Source of the DNA: Verrucomicrobiota bacterium | GTDB taxonomy: Bacteria; Verrucomicrobiota; Verrucomicrobiia; Limisphaerales; SIBH01 | Assembly: GCA_038205745.1 (NCBI GenBank) | Contig: JBBRBM010000002.1 | Coordinates: 2,761 to 66,760, forward strand | Reading direction: 5' to 3' | Length of the DNA: 64,000 bases | Part shown: positions 16,901 to 24,310 of the stretch, piece by piece | How positions within the stretch are numbered: position 1 is the stretch's first letter | Layout of the letters: every line of letters begins with the position of its first letter | Made by a program: the position numbers and the translations under genes | Notes under the pieces: generated by a model | Told to the model about the DNA's origin: nothing | Databases searched by the model: none | The model's input: the letters and a program-made list of their open reading frames with translations, nothing else

Positions 16901-17112
16901 ACAAGGGGACAGGGGGACTTGGAGACTTGGTGATCGCCGGGCCGGCGCCGGCGCCGCTCGCACGGGCGGAAACTTTCTATCGCTATCAACTCATGCTGAG
17001 GACGCGCGCCATGTCGCAACTCAGCCGGCGCATCGCCACTCTTCAGGAGACGCTCACGCTGGCGGATGACGTGACGATGACGGTGGACATCGATCCGGTG
17101 AATCTGGCGTAA
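13960..17112 (+). CDS. priA: Primosomal protein N' (replication restart helicase PriA) interrupted in frame by a REP doublet-RAYT-REP doublet cassette and a heptamer hairpin
   Basis: PriA hallmarks: N-terminal VARVTLEIAL.KEFDYAIP....GTRVKVPFG, Walker A LLHGVTGSGKTEVY, Walker B IIVDEEHEHSYKQ, Cys-rich zinc region CPKCG..CPNC...CHICG...CP..C, and C-terminal GPAPAPLARAETFYRYQLML. The start is uncertain (GTG 13960 or GTG 14041). The 1050-aa length is inflated by the inserts. Confidence 0.85.
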   Translation: MLHPGLLALSEIDFQFLISRAAPYPRDVVARVTLEIALRKEFDYAIPPELAGMVEVGTRVKVPFGPRQVNGCVTALIEQSTHTNLRPITKIISATSLVTAKVLKLARWIGEYYCCAPEIALKSVLPESVRKEDASWRERLFARITPRNASDVPKLTTRQQDIFNIIEEWRELPLRRLLDLSGATTETIRKLEDKGLIVIAPQIDERDPYAHEHILPTEPLKVNAEQAVALARITAALDQRAPGILPGPHFGIGTSCSLSNSARTRQDAGGTSGIFFNKDTPVSKYSGWLPHWRQSGKVYFVTFRLADSAAQSDLAKWEEEKRIWKSFHPEPWNDADWAEYHERFTEKIEALLDAGHGSCVLADPRAASVVERALRFFDGERYWLGSYVVMPNHVHVLVQPAPNHTLTSILHSWKSFTAKEINALLGTDGSVWRNEYFDHIVRSESQLRKFITYISENPGKAKLTQGFRLGAGAFESAPGILPGRDVSDATSGSLSASAPARQDAGGTFLLHGVTGSGKTEVYLQAIAHTLQQGKGAIVLVPEISLTPQTVERFKARFSSGPLRTLVAVLHSHLSAGERHDEWHKIRQGRARIAIGARSAIFAPVDPLGLIIVDEEHEHSYKQEESPRYHARDVAVVRGQFENAVVVLGSATPSMESFYNAKRGKYELLELTIRVDNQKMPVVRVVDMRSEARKQKGTPIFSLQLKEAITQRLERREQTILFLNRRGFSTSLQCPKCGYVANCPNCSVSLTFHRRAAKLLCHICGHSTTAPSVCPEKSCRNPEIRYSGIGTEKVEDTLAKLFPHARTTRMDSDTLKRKEDYRRILGDFRAGKIDILVGTQMIAKGLHFPNVTLVGIIYADLSLHMPDFRAGERTFQLLTQVAGRAGRGDVEGEVFVQAFTPFHPAIQYARRHDFVGFYDQEIEFREQLKYPPLARIALLTLRGRNEDKVRLSADHLRAEFEKSIASSPSPLVPKPSSSGQGDKGTGGLGDLVIAGPAPAPLARAETFYRYQLMLRTRAMSQLSRRIATLQETLTLADDVTMTVDIDPVNLA
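14678..14771. repeat. REP doublet copy 2 (upstream flank of the RAYT module, inside priA)
   Basis: GTGCCCCCGGCATCTTGCCGGG (14678-14699) and CCCGGCAGGATGCCGGGGGCAC (14750-14771). Translated as RAPGILPG...RQDAGGT. Confidence 0.9.
14803..15385 (+). CDS. REP-associated tyrosine transposase (RAYT; IS200/IS605-like Y1 HUH) coding segment, with no stop codon of its own, continuous with the priA frame
   Basis: Possible GTG start at 14803. Motifs: YSGWLPHW, GKVYFVTFRLADS, the HUH motif PNHVHVLV, and the Tyr-containing motif VWRNEYFDHIVRSESQLRKFITYISENPGKAKL, as in RAYT/TnpA(REP) proteins. Confidence 0.75.
15386..15479. repeat. REP doublet copy 3 (downstream flank of the RAYT module, inside priA)
   Basis: GTGCCCCCGGCATCTTGCCGGG (15386-15407) and CCCGGCAAGATGCCGGGGGCAC (15458-15479). 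Walker A coding begins at 15481. Confidence 0.9.
16855..16925. repeat. Heptamer-based hairpin element inside the priA 3' region, in frame
   Basis: TCTCCAAGTCCCC (16855-16867) is the exact reverse complement of GGGGACTTGGAGA (16913-16925). The interior is made of GTCCCC / GGGGACA-type units. Translated as SPSPLVPKPSSSGQGDKGTGGLGD. Confidence 0.8.
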
Positions 17113-17113
17113 C

Positions 17114-17207
17114 GTGCCCCCGGCATCTTGCCGGGTCCGGGTTCCGTGACTCAAGTTGGCAACTCCCTTTCGACTTGCGCCTCCGCCCGGCAGGATGCCG
17201 GGGGCAC
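17114..17207. repeat. REP doublet copy 4, immediately after the priA stop
   Basis: The TAA stop (17110-17112) is followed directly by CGTGCCCCCGGCATCTTGCCGGG. The right arm CCCGGCAGGATGCCGGGGGCAC is at 17186-17207. Confidence 0.9.
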
Positions 17208-17254
17208 GTTCTTGTGGAGTTCCGCCGCTTGCCGCGTATAGTCCGCCGGAATTT

Positions 17255-17983
17255 ATGAAACGACTTTTTCTCACGCTCACGCTCACGCTTGCATCGCTCA
17301 CGGCGACCTCCGTTCATGCCCAAGGCGGACCGCCCAACACTGGCATCAACGCGTCGCTGCTCCGCATGTTCGGCGACACGAAATTTTTCAGCGCAAAAGG
17401 CGATCTCCGAATGAGCGATGACAACGGGAAAGCCATTTCATCGATGCCAGTCAGTTGGGCATTGCTGGATGGAAAACTGCGCGCCGACATGGACCTGAGC
17501 CAGATGCAAGGTGGCGCAATGCCGCCGCAGGCCACAGCCATGTTGAAACAGACCGGCATGGACAAGATGCAGTTGCTCATCATGCCGGAGAGCAAAACCA
17601 CGCTGTTCATCTACCCGGGACTGGAAGCCTACGCCCCGGTGCGCGACAACGATGTAGCGACTGCTGAGGAGAAAGTGGAAACCACCGACGTTGGCAAGGA
17701 AGAGGTGGACGGCCATCCCTGCGTGAAAAAGAAAATGAGCACGACCGACGCGAAGGGGAAAGTGCAGGAGGCGTTCATCTGGTCGGCGACGGATTTGAAG
17801 AACTTCCCCATCAAGATGGAGATGAAGCAGAAGAAGAACACGGTGCTGATCCATTTCGAGACGCCGTCGTTTCAGAAGCCGGACGCCAAGCTCTTCGAGG
17901 TGCCTGCGAACTACACCAAGCACGACAGCATCCAGGGCCTGATGCAATCGGCGATGATGAAGATGTTCGGCGGAGCGAAGTGA
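17255..17983 (+). CDS. Hypothetical secreted protein (possibly LolA-like/DUF4412-like)
   Basis: Start trimmed to MKRLFLTLTLTLASLTATSVHA (signal peptide); the upstream part of the ORF is REP sequence. The family assignment is only a weak recollection. Confidence 0.55.
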   Translation: MKRLFLTLTLTLASLTATSVHAQGGPPNTGINASLLRMFGDTKFFSAKGDLRMSDDNGKAISSMPVSWALLDGKLRADMDLSQMQGGAMPPQATAMLKQTGMDKMQLLIMPESKTTLFIYPGLEAYAPVRDNDVATAEEKVETTDVGKEEVDGHPCVKKKMSTTDAKGKVQEAFIWSATDLKNFPIKMEMKQKKNTVLIHFETPSFQKPDAKLFEVPANYTKHDSIQGLMQSAMMKMFGGAK

Positions 17984-17988
17984 GCAAA

Positions 17989-18079
17989 GTGCCCCCGGCA
18001 TCCTGCCGGGCTCACGCGCTCGTTATTCTCAGGAGCCGCTTATTCCCAAAGGCCGGACCCGGCAAGATGCCGGGGGCAC
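17989..18079. repeat. REP doublet copy 5 (intergenic)
   Basis: GTGCCCCCGGCATCCTGCCGGG (17989-18010) and CCCGGCAAGATGCCGGGGGCAC (18058-18079). It starts 6 nt after the stop at 17983. Confidence 0.9.
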
Positions 18080-18116
18080 AATAAAAGAAACCGGGCGTCG
18101 TTTTCACGACGCCCGG
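18080..18116 (-). terminator. Orphan minus-strand intrinsic terminator
   Basis: CCGGGCGTCG-ttttca-CGACGCCCGG forms a 10-bp stem (18091-18116). On the minus strand it is followed by TTTCTTTTATT. There is no U-tract on the plus strand and no minus-strand CDS upstream of it. Confidence 0.6.
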
Positions 18117-18250
18117 CCAACCCAAACAACCAAACGGACCCCCTTTTCGCCTTGCGGCGCCCACACATCGCGCCTTGCGCGCGGCGTGTTGCATAACGTC
18201 CCTGCCAAACGCGAGGCGTTACGCACGTTGAGACGCGACCAGGCAAAAAA
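18080..18250 (-). ncRNA. Candidate small RNA ending at the orphan terminator (5' end undefined)
   Basis: A non-coding gap of about 260 bp holds several minus-strand hairpins: a 9-bp stem TGCGTAACG/CGTTATGCA, two short GC stems around GCAA, and the terminator. No promoter or known RNA family was recognised. Confidence 0.2.
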
Positions 18251-18342
18251 TGTTCAAACGTTTCTGGCCCGATTTTTCACCGGCGCGACTCGTGTGATTG
18301 AACGCTCGCGTTCATGAAAAGTTGCGCGCCATTCTCAAGCAA

Positions 18343-19716
18343 ATGCGAATCACCAATCTGAACCCGGACAAAGACATCGGCGCCAGCGCGTGGATGCTCG
18401 AACTCGAAGGCCATCGCCTGTTGATGGATACCGGCGTGCATCCGAAACTCGAAGGGCACGGCAGCCTGCCGCTGTTCAAGGCCGTGGACAAACTCGATGT
18501 CGATGCGATCGCCATTTCGCATTGCCATCACGATCACGTGGGCGCACTGCCGGTGGCCATGCGCCACTTCTCCCGTGCGCACGTGTTCATGACGGATCTG
18601 AGTTTCCTCATCGTCGAACGCGTGCTGCACAACTCGGTCAACGTCATGCAGCGGCAGAAGGAAGAACTCGGCATTCAGGAGTATCCGCTCTACACACACG
18701 ACGAGTTGGATGAACTCTCGTCAACCTTCACGGCGTGCCGGTACAACCGGCAGTTCGAGTGGGCGGCGTATCACAAGTCGCGCACCGGCGGAGTTTCACC
18801 GACGCTGGAATTTCTTGATGCCGGCCACGCACTCGGCGCGGCGGGCATGATGGTGCGCGGGAAGAAACAGACGCTCTTTTACACCGGCGATGTCTGCTTC
18901 CACGATCAAACGATCCTGAAGGCCGCGCGGTTCGACGATGTGAAGGCCGATGTGTTGATCATGGAAACAACCCGCGGCGCACGTGAGCCGAAGCCGGGGT
19001 TCACGCGCGACGCAGAAATTCACCGTCTCGGTGATGCGATCAAGCGCGCGTTAAAACGTGGCGGATCGGTGTTGCTCCCGGTGTTCGCACTGGGACGCAC
19101 GCAGGAAATTCTGGCCGTGCTCTCGATCCTGATGCGTGAGGGCTCTTTGAAGCGGCAGCAGATTTTTATCGGCGGACTCGGGCGCGTCTTCACCGAGATC
19201 TACGATCTCGAAGCGCATCGCACTCATCGCAACCTCAGCAGCCTGCGTCTCGATGAAGCGTTGGAGCTTTCGGTGCTCGATCGCAAGACCCTCGACGGAA
19301 TGAAACTGAATGGCCGCATCTTTGTGATCACCGCCGGGATGATGACTGAGAAAACTCCCGCGCATGAACTCGCGGCGCGAATGGTCGGCGAAGCGCGCCA
19401 CGCGATCTTCTTTGTCGGCTACGCTGATCCAGACAGTCCGGGCGGACGGCTCAAAGCGGCGAAGCACGGCGAAACATTCGTCTTCAGCCCCGGCACCGGC
19501 GAACTCGTGAAGAACTGCGAAATGGACGACTTCGACCTGAGCGCACACGCGAATCGCGAGGAGTTGCTCGAGTTCGTCGGCAAGGTCAGCCCGCACACGG
19601 TTTTCCTTGGGCACGGTGATGAACCGGCGCGGGCGTGGTTCGAGCAACAGATTCGCGCGCGATATCCAAAGATGAAAATTCATCAGGCACAGCCCGGTGT
19701 GACGATCGAAGCGTGA
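18343..19716 (+). CDS. MBL-fold metallo-hydrolase, beta-CASP family ribonuclease-like
   Basis: Start trimmed to MRITNLNPDKDIGASAWMLE. Metallo-beta-lactamase motif ISHCHHDHVGALP and C-terminal beta-CASP-like HANREELLEF..V.LGHGD. Confidence 0.75.
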   Translation: MRITNLNPDKDIGASAWMLELEGHRLLMDTGVHPKLEGHGSLPLFKAVDKLDVDAIAISHCHHDHVGALPVAMRHFSRAHVFMTDLSFLIVERVLHNSVNVMQRQKEELGIQEYPLYTHDELDELSSTFTACRYNRQFEWAAYHKSRTGGVSPTLEFLDAGHALGAAGMMVRGKKQTLFYTGDVCFHDQTILKAARFDDVKADVLIMETTRGAREPKPGFTRDAEIHRLGDAIKRALKRGGSVLLPVFALGRTQEILAVLSILMREGSLKRQQIFIGGLGRVFTEIYDLEAHRTHRNLSSLRLDEALELSVLDRKTLDGMKLNGRIFVITAGMMTEKTPAHELAARMVGEARHAIFFVGYADPDSPGGRLKAAKHGETFVFSPGTGELVKNCEMDDFDLSAHANREELLEFVGKVSPHTVFLGHGDEPARAWFEQQIRARYPKMKIHQAQPGVTIEA

Positions 19717-19856
19717 TGTTTTGCACCACCAGCCGGGACGGCCAGTGGACGGTTGGCAGCCGGGACGGCTGCCCCACTAACGCATTCCTCGCGGCGGGAT
19801 ATTCCTTGGCGCATGCCAATCTTCGCCGCATCGTTTAAGCGCCCGCAGCGACGCGT

Positions 19857-20651
19857 ATGATTGAATATCACCAACTGCTTCGACTCGTGTTGGAGCAAGG
19901 TAAATACAAGGCCGACCGCACTGGCACAGGCACGTTCTCCGTGTTTGGCGCGCAAGCGCGGTTTCCGCTCCAGCAAAGCTTCCCGCTCCTCACGACCAAG
20001 AAGGTGCATCTGAAGTCGATCCTCTACGAACTGCTCTGGTTCCTCCGCGGCGACACCAACGTGAAGTGGCTCAACGAACACGGCGTGACGATCTGGGACG
20101 AGTGGGCCGATAAGGACGGCAACCTCGGCCGTGTCTATGGCGCGCAATGGTGCGACTGGCACACAGCGGACAACCGCTCGATCAACCAGATCGACGGCGT
20201 GATCGACCAGATCAAGCGCAACCCCGACTCGCGCCGGCTCATCGTGAGCGCGTGGAACGTCGGCGAGATCGAGCAGATGGCGTTGCCGCCGTGTCACACC
20301 ATGTTTCAATTCTTCGTTCAGGAAGGCGAGTTGAGCTGCCAGCTCTACCAGCGCAGCGCGGACTTGTTTCTCGGCGTGCCGTTCAACATTGCCAGCTACG
20401 CGCTGCTCACGCTGATGGTGGCGCAAGTCACCGGACTGAAACCCGGCACATTCGTTCACACGTTCGGCGACTTGCACCTTTACTCGAACCACCTTGAGCA
20501 GGCGAAGCTGCAACTCACCCGCGAGCTGCGCCCCCTCCCAATCATGAAGCTGAATCCCGCGGTGAAGAACATTCACGACTTCAAGTTCGAGGATTTCGAA
20601 CTCGTCGGCTACGATCCGCATCCGGGCATCAAGGCTCCGATTGCCGTTTGA
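19857..20651 (+). CDS. thyA: Thymidylate synthase
   Basis: 264 aa with near-canonical ThyA motifs: [62 protein letters not shown]. Confidence 0.95.
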   Translation: MIEYHQLLRLVLEQGKYKADRTGTGTFSVFGAQARFPLQQSFPLLTTKKVHLKSILYELLWFLRGDTNVKWLNEHGVTIWDEWADKDGNLGRVYGAQWCDWHTADNRSINQIDGVIDQIKRNPDSRRLIVSAWNVGEIEQMALPPCHTMFQFFVQEGELSCQLYQRSADLFLGVPFNIASYALLTLMVAQVTGLKPGTFVHTFGDLHLYSNHLEQAKLQLTRELRPLPIMKLNPAVKNIHDFKFEDFELVGYDPHPGIKAPIAV

Positions 20652-20684
20652 CCACGCGATTTCAACTCCATAGCCTCGCGCGCA

Positions 20685-23600
20685 TTGAAGGATTCCGTCG
20701 AAAGCTATCTTGAGGAGTTGGCCGCGGTGCGAGCTTCCGGCGCCGCCACGAAGGAAACCTCAGGCTACACTCCGCTGGCCAATCTCCTCAACGCCATCGG
20801 CCCGTCGCTCAAGCCCAAGGTCCGCTGCATCATCCAACTCACGAACAGCGGCGCCGGTCTGCCGGACGGCGGATTCTTCACGCCCGACCAGCTCAAGCAC
20901 GCCGATGAAGAGAAACCTTTGCTTGGCCAGAAACCGTCGCGCGGTGTGGTCGAAGTTAAATCGACCGGCGATGACCTCGACAAAACTTCGCAGTCGAAAC
21001 AGGTCGCCGATTACCTCGCGCATTACGGGCTGCTCCTGCTTACGAACTATCGCGAGTTCCGCCTGCTCAAGCGCGACGGCGGCAAACCTGTTCAACTTGA
21101 AACATTTTCTCTCGCGGAAAGTGAAGCCGCGTTCTGGAGCGCCGCCGCGCATCCACGCAAAACGGCGGACGCGCTGGGCGAACGCCTCGCCGAATATCTC
21201 AAGCGCGTGCTGCTCCACGCCGCGCCGCTGAACAATCCCAAGGACGTGGCCTTCTTCCTCGCCTCGTATGCGCGCGATGCCCGCGCCCGTGTGGAAGGCG
21301 CGGGTGATCTGCCCGCGCTCACCGCAGTCCGCACCGCGCTGGAGGAGGCGCTCGGCATGAAGTTCGAGGCGGAGAAGGGCGAACACTTCTTCCGCTCCAC
21401 GCTCGTGCAGACGCTGTTCTACGGCGTGTTCTCCGCGTGGGTGCTTTGGCACAAGGAACAAACGTGCCGCCAGCATCCTGCTGGCAACCCGGATGCCGGC
21501 AAGATGCCGGCGGCACATTTCGATTGGAAATCCGCCGCGTGGACACTCCACGTCCCGATGATCAAGGCGCTGTTCGAGCAGGTCGCCACGCCGACCAAAC
21601 TCGGCCCGCTCGGACTCGTGGAAGTGCTCGACTGGACCGCCGCCGCGCTCAACCGCGTGGACCGCGCCGCGTTCTTCGAGAAATTTCTGGAGACGCACGC
21701 CGTCCAGTATTTCTACGAACCGTTCCTTGAAGCCTTCGATCCCGAACTGCGCAAGGAACTCGGCGTCTGGTACACGCCGCCGGAGATTGTGCAATACCAG
21801 GTCGCCCGCGTGGACGCCGCGCTGCGCGAGGAACTGGACATTCCCGACGGCCTGGCCGACCCGCGCGTCTTCGTGCTCGACCCTTGCTGCGGCACGGGCG
21901 CGTATCTCGTCGAGGTGCTGCGGAAAATAGGCGAGACGCTCGCGGCCCGTGGCGAAGGCGAGGCCATGAATTCTGCGGACGTGAAGAAGGCGGCGTGCGA
22001 AAGAGTCTTCGGCTTTGAATTGCTGCCCGCGCCTTTTGTCGTGGCGCATTTGCAGATGGGCTTGCTGCTCCAAAGTCTTGATGTGCCGCTCGACGACGCG
22101 AAGAATGAACGCGCCGCGATTTATCTCACCAATGCGCTCACCGGCTGGGAGCCGCCGACCGAAGAAGCGAAGAAGCAACTCACGTTCACCATCCCGGAGT
22201 TCAAACAGGAAAAGGAAGCGGCGGATGCCATCAAGCAGGAGAAGCGCATCATCGTCATCCTCGGCAATCCGCCCTACAACGGCTTTGCCGGTCTCGCCGT
22301 GGAAGAAGAACGCGACCTGAGCAGCGCCTACCGCACCACCCAACGCGCGCCCGCACCGCAAGGCCAGGGCTTGAACGATCTCTACATCCGTTTCTTCCGT
22401 ATGGCCGAGCGGCGCATCGTGGAGAAGTCCGGCGAGGGCATCATCAGTTTCATCTCGAACTACTCGTGGCTCGATGGACTCTCGTTCACCGGAATGAGGG
22501 AGCGGTATCTTGAAGTTTTCGATTCCGTGACGGTGGATTGTCTGAACGGCGACAAATACAAGACCGGCAAAGTCACGCCCGAAGGCAAGCCCGACCCCAG
22601 CGTGTTCTCCACCGAATCGAACCGCGAAGGAATCCAAGTCGGCACGGCCATCGCCATTCTCGTTCGTAGCGGCCGACGTAAGGAGGCTCAAACTTCCGGG
22701 AAGAAAAGTAAGAGCCTCCTTACGTCGGCTGCTACGAAAGAAATTTCCTTCCGCCATCTGTGGGGCAAAGACAAGCGCGCGGAGTTGCTGGAATCGCTGG
22801 ACGAGCCGAAGAAGAAAATCTACGAGAAGCTGAAACCGCCAGTGGAAGTCGGCCTGCCGTTTCTCCCGGCAAGGACGCAAATCAATTTCTTCAAATGGCC
22901 GCTGTTGCCGAAACTTTTCCCCGTCTCTTTTCCCGGCGTGAAGACGAGCCGCGACGAATTCCTCGTGGACGTGGACAAAGACGCGCTTGCCGAGCGGATG
23001 GAAAAATACTTCGACCCGAAAGTCAGCCACGAGGAAATGCATCGCTACGCACCGGGCATAATGGAGAACACGGCGCGCTTCAAAGCTGAATTGGTCCGCG
23101 AAGAATTGTGCCAGCGCGGCCTCTTGAAAAAGAACATCGTCCGCTATTGCTATCGTCCGTTCGATGTCCGTTGGCTGTATTGGGAGCCGGAAACAAAGCT
23201 GCTTGATGAAAAGCGGACGGAGTATTTCCTGCAAATCTTTGAAGGCAACTTGTGGTTGAGCGCCGGGCAGCGGAATCGGAAGGAAGATTTTTATCAGCCA
23301 CAGGTCACATCGGTTTTAGCTGACCACCACATCGTTGAATCCAACGTGGGGATGTTCCCGCTCTGGTTGAAACCCAACCCCGATCCGGCGTCGTTGTTCG
23401 ATCGCGTTTCAGACGGAAAACCAAAAACAAACTTGACCGATGACGCGAAGGAATATCTCGCGGACTTGCGCTTGGGCAACAAGCCGGAGGAATTGTTCTA
23501 CCACACGCTGGCCATGCTTCACGCGCCGGAGTACCGCGCGGAGAACGCAGGCGCGTTGCGGCAGGATTGGCCTCGTGTGCCGCTGCCCAAGTCGCGCGAA

Positions 23601-24284
23601 GCCTTGCTCGCCTCCGCCAAACTCGGGCGACAAGTTGCCGCGTTACTCGACACGGAGAATCCGGTCGTTGGCGTTACGGCGGGCCAGGTGCGTCCAGAGT
23701 TGATCAAGATCGCCGTCGTCGTGCGACTGACCCGCGAGCCGTTAAATCTTTCCATCACCGCCGGCTGGGGCCACGCAGGACAGGGCGGCGTGACGATGCC
23801 CGGCAAAGGCAAACTCGAAACGCGCGGCTACACGGCGGAGGAGTTGGCGGCTTTGGAGTGCGGTGACTTGTCACCGCTTTCGGCAGGCGACTTGTCGCCG
23901 TCGAAGTCGGACGCGCGTTCGACTTCCACCGAGCCGCTGGTGCGCGGCTCTGCTTCGCCGACCAGTCGGCCAAGCGCGAAAAGCGGCGACAAGTCGCCGC
24001 ACGCCAAACTCGGCCACGTCACGCACGACGTTTTCCTCAACGACACCGCCTGCTGGCGCAACGTGCCGGAACGCGTCTGGGACTACACCATCGGCGGCTA
24101 TCAGGTGATGAAGAAGTGGTTGAGCTACCGCGAGCACGCCTTGCTGGGCCGCGCGCTGACAGCGGAAGAAGCACGCGAGGTCACCCGCATGGCCTGCCGC
24201 ATCGCCGCCTTGATTCTGCTCCAGCCCGAACTGGACGCGAATTATCAACGCGTGAAACAGGAGACGTATCCGTGGAAACCTTGA
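20685..24284 (+). CDS. Single-polypeptide type IIG / ISP-like restriction-modification enzyme (N-terminal PD-(D/E)xK-like motif, N6-adenine methyltransferase, C-terminal specificity region)
   Basis: 1199 aa with a TTG start. Nuclease-like LPDGGF...GVVEVKS (D61, E90-x-K92). SAM-binding VLDPCCGTGAYL. Catalytic GNPPYN (NPPY). The C-terminal GGYQVMKKWLSYRE region is as recalled for the type ISP C-terminal domain. No helicase/ATPase motifs seen. Carries two in-frame palindromic repeat insertions. Confidence 0.75.
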   Translation: MKDSVESYLEELAAVRASGAATKETSGYTPLANLLNAIGPSLKPKVRCIIQLTNSGAGLPDGGFFTPDQLKHADEEKPLLGQKPSRGVVEVKSTGDDLDKTSQSKQVADYLAHYGLLLLTNYREFRLLKRDGGKPVQLETFSLAESEAAFWSAAAHPRKTADALGERLAEYLKRVLLHAAPLNNPKDVAFFLASYARDARARVEGAGDLPALTAVRTALEEALGMKFEAEKGEHFFRSTLVQTLFYGVFSAWVLWHKEQTCRQHPAGNPDAGKMPAAHFDWKSAAWTLHVPMIKALFEQVATPTKLGPLGLVEVLDWTAAALNRVDRAAFFEKFLETHAVQYFYEPFLEAFDPELRKELGVWYTPPEIVQYQVARVDAALREELDIPDGLADPRVFVLDPCCGTGAYLVEVLRKIGETLAARGEGEAMNSADVKKAACERVFGFELLPAPFVVAHLQMGLLLQSLDVPLDDAKNERAAIYLTNALTGWEPPTEEAKKQLTFTIPEFKQEKEAADAIKQEKRIIVILGNPPYNGFAGLAVEEERDLSSAYRTTQRAPAPQGQGLNDLYIRFFRMAERRIVEKSGEGIISFISNYSWLDGLSFTGMRERYLEVFDSVTVDCLNGDKYKTGKVTPEGKPDPSVFSTESNREGIQVGTAIAILVRSGRRKEAQTSGKKSKSLLTSAATKEISFRHLWGKDKRAELLESLDEPKKKIYEKLKPPVEVGLPFLPARTQINFFKWPLLPKLFPVSFPGVKTSRDEFLVDVDKDALAERMEKYFDPKVSHEEMHRYAPGIMENTARFKAELVREELCQRGLLKKNIVRYCYRPFDVRWLYWEPETKLLDEKRTEYFLQIFEGNLWLSAGQRNRKEDFYQPQVTSVLADHHIVESNVGMFPLWLKPNPDPASLFDRVSDGKPKTNLTDDAKEYLADLRLGNKPEELFYHTLAMLHAPEYRAENAGALRQDWPRVPLPKSREALLASAKLGRQVAALLDTENPVVGVTAGQVRPELIKIAVVVRLTREPLNLSITAGWGHAGQGGVTMPGKGKLETRGYTAEELAALECGDLSPLSAGDLSPSKSDARSTSTEPLVRGSASPTSRPSAKSGDKSPHAKLGHVTHDVFLNDTACWRNVPERVWDYTIGGYQVMKKWLSYREHALLGRALTAEEAREVTRMACRIAALILLQPELDANYQRVKQETYPWKP
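21464..21516. repeat. REP doublet copy 6 (divergent variant, short spacer) inside the RM gene, in frame
   Basis: GTGCCGCCAGCATCCTGCTGGC (21464-21485), a 9-nt spacer, then GCCGGCAAGATGCCGGCGGCAC (21495-21516). The left-arm hairpin is kept by paired changes (CCAGCA/TGCTGG). Confidence 0.75.
23860..24000. repeat. Composite palindromic element of a second family (GCGGYGACWWGTCRCCGC units) inside the RM gene, 141 bp, in frame
   Basis: GCGGTGACTTGTCACCGC (23860-23877), GGCGACTTGTCGCC (23886-23899), hairpin GAAGTCG...CGACTTC (23903-23926) and GCGGCGACAAGTCGCCGC (23983-24000). Translated as CGDLSPLSAGDLSPS...SGDKSPH. Confidence 0.85.
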
Positions 24285-24310
24285 GCCGTGGATTGTCCAA
24301 ACGTTGGAGC

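Noticed and set aside
19755-19773. Hairpin GGCAGCCG-gga-CGGCTGCC and a nearby CAGCCGGGACGG direct repeat upstream of thyA, considered as a terminator or a folate-related riboswitch
   Set aside because: No U-tract follows it, so it is not a canonical terminator. I could not match THF or ZTP riboswitch consensus elements by eye. It is left as an unexplained small hairpin.
20760-23234. 824-aa minus-strand ORF antisense to the RM gene
   Set aside because: Same explanation: it is in phase with the sense codons (2550 nt = 850 codons from 20685). It has no motifs and an Arg-rich composition. Its length is striking but expected from codon bias.
20685-24284. The large methyltransferase considered as BREX PglX or part of a multi-gene defence island
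   Set aside because: No BREX partners (PglZ, BrxC, BrxL and so on) or other defence genes are adjacent; the neighbours are thyA, an amidase and folA. A stand-alone type IIG/ISP-like enzyme is the simpler reading.
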